Shown here piece by piece: positions 8,837-17,185 of a DNA stretch of 64,000 nucleotides. The notes beneath the pieces were generated by a model that worked only from the letters and a program-made list of their open reading frames with translations, made no database searches and was not told where the DNA came from. Each line of letters begins with the position of its first letter. The stretch's first letter is position 1. The translations under genes and the position numbers were made by a program. This DNA is from Chloroflexota bacterium (GTDB lineage Bacteria > Chloroflexota > Dehalococcoidia > Lucifugimonadales > JADFKI01): NCBI GenBank assembly GCA_027623195.1, contig JAQBUT010000020.1:1-64000 (forward strand), written 5' to 3'.

Positions 8837-10834
8837 ATGACGGCGACTCAACCTCAAGTTGACGACTTTCTGGCAGAGGCCGAGCGAGAGGCTGGCCGTT
8901 TTCATTGGGAAGGTACCTTCGCAGACTACTTCCGAATGGTTACGGAGAATCCCTCGCTGGTGCGCTTGGCTCACGAGCTGGTTCATGACGCCATTATGGC
9001 CAACGGGACCAGGCAATCTGCGGTTACCGGTAAGCCCGTTTACAGGCTATTCGAAAACAAGGTTTTCGGCCAAGAAGAGGCCATTGAACAGGTCGTTGAC
9101 TTCTTCGTGACATCCAAGGCGAATTTCGAAAAGCGTAAACGTATTCTCCTTCTGGTGGGACCTCCTGCCAGCGGTAAATCCACTATCGCCGACCTGTTAA
9201 AGGTCGCTTTGCAGCGTTTCACGCGAACGGATAACGGACCTGTGTTGACTATCAAAGGCTGCCCGCTCCAAGAAGAGCCGATGCACCTGATACCTAACAA
9301 CATGCGGCCCAAGCTATTCGAACAGCATGGCATGAAAGTAGAAGGCGACCTCTGCCCGCGTTGCCAGCGCATGTTGGACACCCAGTACGGTGGGCAGATA
9401 TCCAAGGTGCCCGTGAGCCGAGTCATATTTTCCGAGCAGAAGGCTACCGGGATCGGCTACTACGATGCCGCCGTTAAAGAATCCGACCCATCGATGCTGG
9501 CCGGCGGAGCCGACGCCTCTGCCTCATCCAACGGCATTTGGCAGGAGATGGTTGATGGCCACGGTCTGGACGGCGCATTTCACGTGGCCAATCGAGGCCT
9601 CATGGAATTCGTTAGAATTTTCCAGGCTGAGCCGATTTCATTATCCATGCTTCTTGAGTTAGTTGAGGACCGACGTGTTCGACTGGATAAGTCGGGCGCG
9701 GTTTATGCGGACGAGGTGGTACTGGCGCTTTCCACAGAGGACGAATACAGGAAGTTCCTGGCCGACGCGTCCCAAGAAGCTCTTCGCGGACGGATCGTTC
9801 CGGTGCACCTGCGGTACAACCTGAGCGTTCAAGACGAGCGGAGGCTCTACCAGAATTTCGTTAAGTCGCAAGGGATCAATGAGGTCCATGTGCCTCCACT
9901 TTGCCTTCCAACTCTTAGTTCGTTGGCTGTCCTATCTCGCTTGGAGGAGCCACGGGCGCACTCAGCCACCATTGAAGAAAAAATGCTGGCCTACGACGGC
10001 GCATTTGGTAAGGTGTTCTCCATGGAGGATGTTCATCGGGAACGGCAAGCGTGTCCGGGCGAGGGTCTGACAGGCCTGTCGCCGCGCATGGTAATGAACC
10101 GCTTTACCGACAAGGCATCCAGATCTGATGTTACATGCGTAACACCGCTGAACGCCCTGCACAGCATTTGGCAAGACCTGAGAGAGAACGCCGGACTTTC
10201 GACCGAAGAGACTGAGCGTTATATTAAATTGTTCCAGGTTGCTGTTTCCCAATACAGCGAAAAAGCTGTAAGAGAGGCTCAACGGGCCTTCGTCGATAAC
10301 TTCGATAGGGCCGCCAATGATCAGTTGACCAATTACCTGTCCGACGTGACGGCAGCACTGTCCGTGGGTTCACCGAAGGACGTTCCTGGAGAGATCGAGC
10401 GCAACCTGGCGGATATGGAGAAGAGTATTGGCATATCCGGCAAGGAACGCCGAAATTTCCGCATGGAAATCCAGGAATTCTTCACCGACCTGAAGCGACG
10501 GAACCTCTCCTTCAGTTACGTCACCCACCCCAGGCTACGAGAGGCCATAGAGATTCGTCTGTTTCCAGATCGCAAGACGCTACGTAAGATGCTGATTGAG
10601 CCCAAGGCCACCGACAAGGTTACGGAGTGGCGGAGGCTGCGTGGTGCTATGCACAACAGGCTCGTCAACGACTACGACCATTGCGCAATCTGCGCTGGTG
10701 ACATCGTGGAGTATGCGTTGTTCATTTTGAATGGGAACCAAACTCTTCGACCCGCAAAAGGTGAACTCGAGTGGCGCTGGGACCTTAATCCCACCAACGG
10801 CACCGCTGCCAATTACCAGTCCCTAGACCAGTAA
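8837..10834 (+). CDS. PrkA/YeaG-family AAA+ protein, divergent
   Basis: RILLLVGPPASGKST Walker A, GCPLQEEPMHLIP, EGDLCP, ANRGLMEF, YNL, EGLTGLSPR are PrkA hallmarks; likely start ATG 8837. Confidence 0.88.
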   Translation: MTATQPQVDDFLAEAEREAGRFHWEGTFADYFRMVTENPSLVRLAHELVHDAIMANGTRQSAVTGKPVYRLFENKVFGQEEAIEQVVDFFVTSKANFEKRKRILLLVGPPASGKSTIADLLKVALQRFTRTDNGPVLTIKGCPLQEEPMHLIPNNMRPKLFEQHGMKVEGDLCPRCQRMLDTQYGGQISKVPVSRVIFSEQKATGIGYYDAAVKESDPSMLAGGADASASSNGIWQEMVDGHGLDGAFHVANRGLMEFVRIFQAEPISLSMLLELVEDRRVRLDKSGAVYADEVVLALSTEDEYRKFLADASQEALRGRIVPVHLRYNLSVQDERRLYQNFVKSQGINEVHVPPLCLPTLSSLAVLSRLEEPRAHSATIEEKMLAYDGAFGKVFSMEDVHRERQACPGEGLTGLSPRMVMNRFTDKASRSDVTCVTPLNALHSIWQDLRENAGLSTEETERYIKLFQVAVSQYSEKAVREAQRAFVDNFDRAANDQLTNYLSDVTAALSVGSPKDVPGEIERNLADMEKSIGISGKERRNFRMEIQEFFTDLKRRNLSFSYVTHPRLREAIEIRLFPDRKTLRKMLIEPKATDKVTEWRRLRGAMHNRLVNDYDHCAICAGDIVEYALFILNGNQTLRPAKGELEWRWDLNPTNGTAANYQSLDQ

Positions 10835-10868
10835 CCGGGCTTTGAGTTCACGACGCCGACGCCGACGT

Positions 10869-10976
10869 ATGGCCAGAGGTTCATCTGGTGGCCAGCGGCG
10901 CGCCGTAATACCCTGGTGGGTGGCCATCGTAATACTGTTGATTGGCTTTCTGGTGGTGCTCGCCAGGGTCCTTTAG
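10869..10976 (+). CDS. 35-aa single-pass membrane peptide
   Basis: MARGSSGGQRRAVIPWWVAIVILLIGFLVVLARVL*; below the ORF-track cutoff. Confidence 0.5.
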   Translation: MARGSSGGQRRAVIPWWVAIVILLIGFLVVLARVL

Positions 10977-11006
10977 GCACCGGCAAGGGGGTTTCCCACT
11001 CCCTCC

Positions 11007-12164
11007 CTATCCCGTATATAGCTCCGTATCCGGATTCCAGTCTGTCCAGGCGAACCAGAAGGACAGGTGAGATAACACCCGCTCCATAGTCTTCCCCCTA
11101 AGCTCCCCATCAATGGCCCTGCCCGTAAACGCCGACCACCTGGAGCCCGTCTCCTCGTCGACCAGAATCGTCTGTACCCCGGAGGGCTGACCTTCCAGTC
11201 GGAAGGTCAGCGTGCGCCCATCGACGTTGCGGTCGAACACCAGCGCTGTGTTGGTCGTGTTCTCAAAGTAGACCAGCACGTCCTCGCCGGAGTAGGTGTC
11301 GTTGACCACCTGCCGCTCAGCCAGCTCTTTGAACGGGTAAGCCTTTGGGTTGCCGCTCACGTCCACGCCTACAACCAGTTCTTTGGACCGCAGCCGGTCA
11401 TCGCCGTTGGTCTCTCCGATGACGCCCGCCCTACCATCTCGGTAATAGCTCTCGTAGGTATCACTGGAGTAGCGGTCAGACTTGTCAAGGGCCAGCGTGT
11501 CGGGATGGAGCTCCGTCCACGCAGCCCAGGTCGTCTGTGTTACTGGTATGACCTCGAGTTCTGTGCCTGCAAGTGCGCCTTTTATTCCCCGTCGGTTAAA
11601 CTGGCTCCACAGGGTATCCGTCTGGTGATCGTACATGACCAGGGCGTTCATTATCAGTTTTCCCGAGACGCCAAAGGTATGAATCTCCCCGTTGATCTCC
11701 CGGCCATACACGATGGCCGAAAAACATAGCGGTCACCACGTTACTGCGACAGGAACCCCACCAACTACGTCGTTCACAATCTCGTGGCGGCTAAGCATGG
11801 GAATCGAGTAGGCGCGATTCTCCCCGTTTATGGATAGCCCCAGCACCTGCTCATTAGGTTGAAACTGGGTTTGGGCCTGCTTTGCGTCCAGGAACTGCGG
11901 GTCCAGAATGGCAGGAATGGCGTCGTAGCCTAGCAACGTGACTATTTCCAGTTCCTGTCCTGCCAAGGTGTCTTGCCCTGACGTGCTTGGCGAAAAGTTA
12001 CCGGCAGACGCTGTGCCGGAGTTTGCCGGTACGACCACGGTTTCGGAATTGGACAGCATCCGCGTGAAGGTCTGCCTCACGCCAGGCACAAATACGAACA
12101 CAGCTATTACGCCCACCAGCAGTACAACGATTGTCTTCCCCACAGCAGACTTCCCTCTTTCCAA
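11007..12164 (-). CDS. DUF3179-family selenoprotein (in-frame UGA = Sec), N-terminal membrane anchor
   Basis: ORFs 11733-12164 and 11007-11711 are in one frame: VAVTW-TGA-PLCFSAIVYGR; DUF3179 motifs DAIPAI, HEIVND, FGVSGKL, MYDHQTDTLWSQ, FWFAW; start may be GTG 12143. Confidence 0.88.
11700..11720 (-). promoter_or_regulatory. Putative bacterial SECIS hairpin
   Basis: mRNA CGGCCAU-CGUGU-AUGGCCG, perfect 7-bp stem starting 13 nt after the UGA, with G/U in the loop. Confidence 0.7.
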
Positions 12165-12424
12165 ACTGCGATACGCGGCCCACGAAATCTCCCGGCGCGT
12201 TGCAGTTTGGATGCGCGCGCCGGGCGAGAGGTGCGGGCTGGCCGTCGAGGCCGATATTGGGATGGCGAGGCTTATTCAATGGCAGCGGGAGTGTGTGGCC
12301 GATACAAGGGTTGGAAGGTATGCTGACGTTTCACCCTCATCCTGACCTTCCCCCATCGAGGGTGATCTTGAGCCCATAGGACATCGCCGGCCTTTCACAC
12401 CAACGCGCCAGGCCAGAGAAAACC

Positions 12425-13096
12425 CTAGACCAGCAACCTATCCGAAAAACCCCAGCGACCCTGGTGCGCGGCCGACAGGAATTGGAAGCGGTCCCTAAAC
12501 TCTTGGGACTGGATCTCGTCCGTAGTCATGATGAGAGCGTCTTCGCGATTATCGGTGTAGTAGGCCTTGCGTACGCCTCGTTCGGTGAAACCGTACTTTT
12601 TATACAGGTTCTGAGCGACGTCATTGGAGGCCCGCACCTCTAAAGTCACGACAGCTGACCCGCGATTTGTGGCCTGCTCGATTCCGCCAATTAGCAGCAG
12701 TTCGCCTATGCCATTCCCTCGGTGTTCCGTGCGCACGCCCACAGAGACTATGTGCGCCTCGTCCACCATGTACCACGTGCCCAGGAAACCCGCGACGTAC
12801 TGCTCACCCTGCACCCAGGTTGTGTTTCGCTTAGCCAAAAAACCTCGGGCGTTGTCCAACAGCCGGCTGATGGACAGGGGAGAGCCGGGAGGAGCTTCGA
12901 CGTCTCCCGCGGCGCTAGTGACCCGGTTTGATGGGTTTAGATCATCTCGGCGCCACGCCACCAGGTATTGGGCCATGCGATTGCGCAACTCTCTCCGGAA
13001 GGGCGTTGGCGGGAACAGTGTCGGGAAGGCGTCCCGCTCAATCTCAGCGGCCTGCGTGGTGTCTATTTCTTCCAGCGGACGTAGCGCAAAAGGCAT
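12425..13096 (-). CDS. rimI: Ribosomal-protein-alanine N-acetyltransferase (GNAT)
   Basis: DEAHIVSVGV, RGNGIG, TLEVRASN, YYTDNREDALIM; start 13096 or 13132. Confidence 0.85.
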   Translation of the reverse strand: MPFALRPLEEIDTTQAAEIERDAFPTLFPPTPFRRELRNRMAQYLVAWRRDDLNPSNRVTSAAGDVEAPPGSPLSISRLLDNARGFLAKRNTTWVQGEQYVAGFLGTWYMVDEAHIVSVGVRTEHRGNGIGELLLIGGIEQATNRGSAVVTLEVRASNDVAQNLYKKYGFTERGVRKAYYTDNREDALIMTTDEIQSQEFRDRFQFLSAAHQGRWGFSDRLLV

Positions 13097-13336
13097 GATC
13101 TTGCCATGGGGAATCTCTCCGATTGCGCTCATTATGTATCCCTGCAGTACGGTTTTTTTCGGCCTCTACAAAGCTCCGCCGTAGACAGGGCTTAATTTTA
13201 ACATACAGCCCTTCGTGGGCACTTTTCTTGTAACTTCCATGTCCAAGTCAACATTCCAGGCGAATATTAATCCGGTATCTCGATGGTAAATGTTGATGCC
13301 TTGAAATTGGCGTGTAAGCAATTGGCGTTGGTATAT

Positions 13337-13364
13337 GGAACCTAAAAGGCAAAAGTTACGTCTA
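13337..13364 (+). promoter_or_regulatory. ECF-sigma-type promoter
   Basis: GGAAC-N17-CGTCTA upstream of an ECF sigma gene. Confidence 0.6.
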
Positions 13365-13529
13365 AATAACAGGCCCTTGAAGCCTGGAGAGCACTAGGGC
13401 CGCCCTAACCAAAGAAATCAATCGACGTTATAATGTCTGAGAGAAATTGCTGCCAGATTAGCCGGCGTAGACTCGGTCGGTTAAGTGGCGTAGTGAAAAC
13501 TCTTGGTGATCACGGAGAGGTAAGCAGCC

Positions 13530-14135
13530 ATGCCCGCGCATGACAATGCAAACACTGACGTAGCATTACTGGTTCGGCTAGCCCAGGAGGGCGACGCATC
13601 GTCCTTTGCCGAGTTGTATGAGCAGTTCTTCGACCGGATATACCGATACGTCTCCTTCAAGACCGGTAGCCCCACAGAGGCAGAGGACATCACCGGCGAG
13701 GTGTTCGTGCGTATGCTGGAATCCATTCATAAGTTCAAGTGGCAGGGCCACCCTTTTTCATCATGGCTTTTTAGGATTGCCCACAATCTGGTGGTAGACC
13801 ACTTCAGGAGGAAGGGCAAGCGCAACATAGTGTCGTTGGAAAACACAGTAACCAGTGTGGAGGCGGTGGCAGTGGACGTAGATAATCATATAGACACCGA
13901 GCTTTCCATGGACGAGGTGCGTAAGGCGATGGTTGGACTAACTGATCTCCAGAAGGAGGTCATTTCCCTTCGGTTTGCGGCTGGCCTTTCCGTTGCGGAG
14001 ACGGCGCAGGCCATTGGCAAAAAGGAAAACGCCGTGAAGGCATTGCAGCACGCGGGGCTGAAAAAGCTTCGTCGGCTTCTCAATCCGGAGACGTCGAATC
14101 CGACCCCCTTACTTCGGCAACAGGAGATGATGTAG
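13530..14135 (+). CDS. ECF RNA polymerase sigma factor
   Basis: AEDITGEVF, FSSWLFRIAHN, region 4 LSVAETA...VKALQH. Confidence 0.95.
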   Translation: MPAHDNANTDVALLVRLAQEGDASSFAELYEQFFDRIYRYVSFKTGSPTEAEDITGEVFVRMLESIHKFKWQGHPFSSWLFRIAHNLVVDHFRRKGKRNIVSLENTVTSVEAVAVDVDNHIDTELSMDEVRKAMVGLTDLQKEVISLRFAAGLSVAETAQAIGKKENAVKALQHAGLKKLRRLLNPETSNPTPLLRQQEMM

Positions 14136-14192
14136 AACTGGTCTGGTGGGCCGGATTATCCCGGCGTTAGTGAGGCAGACCAGGGTACGACA

Positions 14193-15086
14193 ATGAACCA
14201 GAACTTTGATGACATACTGAATGATTGCCTCGAGCGGATATCCGCAGGGGAGGACATTCGTGCGTGCATCGAACGCTACCCGGAACACGGCGAAGAGCTG
14301 GCGTCCCTTCTCAGGATAGCGAAGGTAACTATGCAGATGGCGTCACAGGCGTCAGAGGCGCCCAATGCCAAGGCGCGGGTATTGGCTCGGGTAAACCACA
14401 GGCTGGCACAAGCTAATGTCGAAAGCAGGCCCGCAGAAGGCATACGCTTCCGCATACGACGGTTAGTTCCCAACCTGTCTGGTAACCCCGTAGTCCGTCC
14501 TGCCATGGTCGGTTTCGCAGCTGTGTTCCTGTTACTGGTGGCCGCTGGCGGTACGACTAGGGCTTCTGCTGACAGCGTTCCCGGCGAGCCGCTTTATTGG
14601 GTTAAAACCACCCGCGAGATCGTCTCACTCAGGATTCCTATGTCGGATGAAGGCCGGGCGAACGCACATGCCCGCCTTGCCGAGATTCGAGGGCAGGAAG
14701 TACAGGTTTTGCTTTCCAGAGGGCGCCTCTACGACGCCGAACGTGTGGCGTTAAGATTAAGGCATCATATTAATATGTCTGCGGACCAAGTGGGCATTCA
14801 TCTGCCTGAGAACCCCACGCAGATGCCTGGCAAGACTATAGAAGTGAGAAGGCTTCCGAGCGCGGAGAGCCTGCGACAGGTGCTGGAGAGGGACGAGAGC
14901 TTGATGAAGGTTCATCTCACTGCATTGCTTAGCGACGCCCCCCCGAGACATCAGATACGCATACGGCGCATCATTTATCAGACCGACTACGGCTACCGCA
15001 TACTGATACAGGCCATAGAAGACCGCAACAGCGCCGTGACCGGCCCGATGGCATCTGCCGTTCCTTTTTACCTTCCTCCTCGGTAG
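14193..15086 (+). CDS. Putative membrane anti-sigma factor (DUF5667-like)
   Basis: Directly downstream of the ECF sigma; one TM helix followed by SVPGEPLYWVKT motif. Confidence 0.7.
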   Translation: MNQNFDDILNDCLERISAGEDIRACIERYPEHGEELASLLRIAKVTMQMASQASEAPNAKARVLARVNHRLAQANVESRPAEGIRFRIRRLVPNLSGNPVVRPAMVGFAAVFLLLVAAGGTTRASADSVPGEPLYWVKTTREIVSLRIPMSDEGRANAHARLAEIRGQEVQVLLSRGRLYDAERVALRLRHHINMSADQVGIHLPENPTQMPGKTIEVRRLPSAESLRQVLERDESLMKVHLTALLSDAPPRHQIRIRRIIYQTDYGYRILIQAIEDRNSAVTGPMASAVPFYLPPR

Positions 15087-15376
15087 CAATAACCCGATGC
15101 TTAATTGTTTGTGGCCCGCGGCCGATTCCCCCGGCTCGCCATCTCACTCAGGTAGATTTGTTCGCAGTTGCCCGTATAATATTGGAACTTCCTTTTCGGA
15201 TGTCCAGTTCTGTTTGCCATTACCTGAAAGAAAGTTTTAGAATCGCAAGTGTAGGGTACTTGTCAAATATCCTCAAAAAAGTGGTAAAATGCAGTATTGT
15301 CGGGCTGACGTGGAACAGGTCTAATGACGCGGAAATTGGCTCGTGGTCTAAAAAAGGGGGCCCCTCTCTTTAAAGT

Positions 15377-17185
15377 ATGTTAATTATTTGGCGAATAGTG
15401 CAGATGGCATTCGTGCGCAAGTGGCGCATGGTTGGCGCCTATATCTCGATGATCGGCGCTACCATTGCATATCTACTACTACCCAGGTATTTTGGGCTGG
15501 CAATAGACTCTGTTAAGGACATGCTGGTGGGGGGTGTAATCTCCTACAACACCGTGTTAACGATTGCCGCTATCATCCTTGGACTAAGCATAATCCGTGG
15601 AGTTTTATCCTTTTTCCAGACCTACCTCGGAGAGGCCACATCTCAGTTTGTTTCTTACGACCTGCGCAACCGGTTCTACGACCACATTCAGCACCTCAAC
15701 TTCGGCTTCCATGACAAGCACCACACTGGCAATCTGATGTCCAGGGCCATCACCGACGTTGAGAACATACGCATGTTTGTGAATATGGGCATCGTGCGGA
15801 CGCCATATTTCATCTCCCTTTTTATAGTCGTGGCCATAATTCTGTTGCGTATGGACCTGCAGCTCGGCCTGGTTGCCGTAAGCTTCATGCCATTCGTCGC
15901 CATCCAGTCGGGGTTCGCGCGCTTGAGGATGCGTCGGGCATGGCTCGTAATTCAAGACATGATGGCCGAGCTGAACACGGTCCTCCAGGAAAACCTCACT
16001 GGCCAGCGTGTGGTTAAAGCATTCGCGTCTGAGGATTTCGAAAACAAGAAGTACAACGACAAGAGCCAGGAGGTATCGGGCGCCGTAATCAATGCCGAGC
16101 GTCTGCGTGTATCCAACACGGCCTTTACGTTATTCTCCTTTCAGATTGCCCTGGCGCTAATACTTTGGTTCGGCGGTTCTCGTGTCATAAATGGCGATAT
16201 GACCATCGGCCAGTTGGCGGCGTTCGTATTCTATATGCAGATTCTGGCCATGCCGGTGCGGATGTCCGGCATGGTAGTCAATGCCTACGCGAGAGCTGCG
16301 TCAGCAGGGCAGCGTATCTTCGAAATTCTCGATATGGAAGCCGAGAAGGAAGAGGCTCCTGGGGCTATTACTCTGTCCGGGGTCAAGGGCCACGTAAAAT
16401 TCGAGAACGTGTCCTTTAGCTACGACGAAGGCGTCCCAGTTCTCAAGAACATTAATATCGAGGCTGAGCCTGGAAAGATTGTCGCCCTTTTGGGTGCGCC
16501 GGGCAGCGGCAAGAGCACCATCATTAATCTGTTGCCCAGGTTCTACAGTGCGAACTCCGGTCGCATTACCATCGACGGTATCGACATTAATGACGTTACG
16601 CTCAAAAGCCTGCGTCACAACATTGGCATGGTGCAGCAGGACGTCTTCCTGTTCACCTCGAGCCTACAAGAGAACATTGCCTACGGCAAGGAGAATGCAC
16701 CCTTCGATGAGATTGTTCGCGCTGCCAGAATAGCTCAGTTGAACGATCACATCATGTCGCTGGACGACGGCTATGATACCGTTGTCGGCGAGCGCGGATC
16801 TACCCTTTCCGGCGGCCAAAGACAGCGCATGTCTATCGCCCGAGCCGTGCTACTTGATCCGCCCATACTGATTCTGGACGACTCGACCTCCAGCGTTGAC
16901 GCTAACACGGAGGAAGAGATTCGCAAAGCCATGGAGGAGGTGATGAAGGGCCGAACGACCTTTATTATCGCCCACAGGCTCAGCACCGTGCACCGCGCCG
17001 ACGAGATCGTCGTCTTGGACAATGGGAAGATTGTCGAACGCGGAACGCACCAGGAGCTTCTCTCCAAAAACGGCAAGTATCGCGAGATTTACGAATTGCA
17101 ATTGCGTCCGCAGGAGGAGGTCCTCCGGGACATGGATGTGGATGAAGATGGCCACGTAATCGTCGGCGGGAGGGCATCCAGATAA
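15377..17185 (+). CDS. ABC exporter, permease+ATPase subunit A of a heterodimer
   Basis: TMD + GAPGSGKST, LSGGQ, degenerate Walker B ILILDD. Confidence 0.95.
   Translation: MLIIWRIVQMAFVRKWRMVGAYISMIGATIAYLLLPRYFGLAIDSVKDMLVGGVISYNTVLTIAAIILGLSIIRGVLSFFQTYLGEATSQFVSYDLRNRFYDHIQHLNFGFHDKHHTGNLMSRAITDVENIRMFVNMGIVRTPYFISLFIVVAIILLRMDLQLGLVAVSFMPFVAIQSGFARLRMRRAWLVIQDMMAELNTVLQENLTGQRVVKAFASEDFENKKYNDKSQEVSGAVINAERLRVSNTAFTLFSFQIALALILWFGGSRVINGDMTIGQLAAFVFYMQILAMPVRMSGMVVNAYARAASAGQRIFEILDMEAEKEEAPGAITLSGVKGHVKFENVSFSYDEGVPVLKNINIEAEPGKIVALLGAPGSGKSTIINLLPRFYSANSGRITIDGIDINDVTLKSLRHNIGMVQQDVFLFTSSLQENIAYGKENAPFDEIVRAARIAQLNDHIMSLDDGYDTVVGERGSTLSGGQRQRMSIARAVLLDPPILILDDSTSSVDANTEEEIRKAMEEVMKGRTTFIIAHRLSTVHRADEIVVLDNGKIVERGTHQELLSKNGKYREIYELQLRPQEEVLRDMDVDEDGHVIVGGRASR

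Noticed and set aside
12331..12366. TCACCCTC...GAGGGTGA hairpin resembling a second REP-like family
   Set aside because: Only one degenerate copy is visible in the window.
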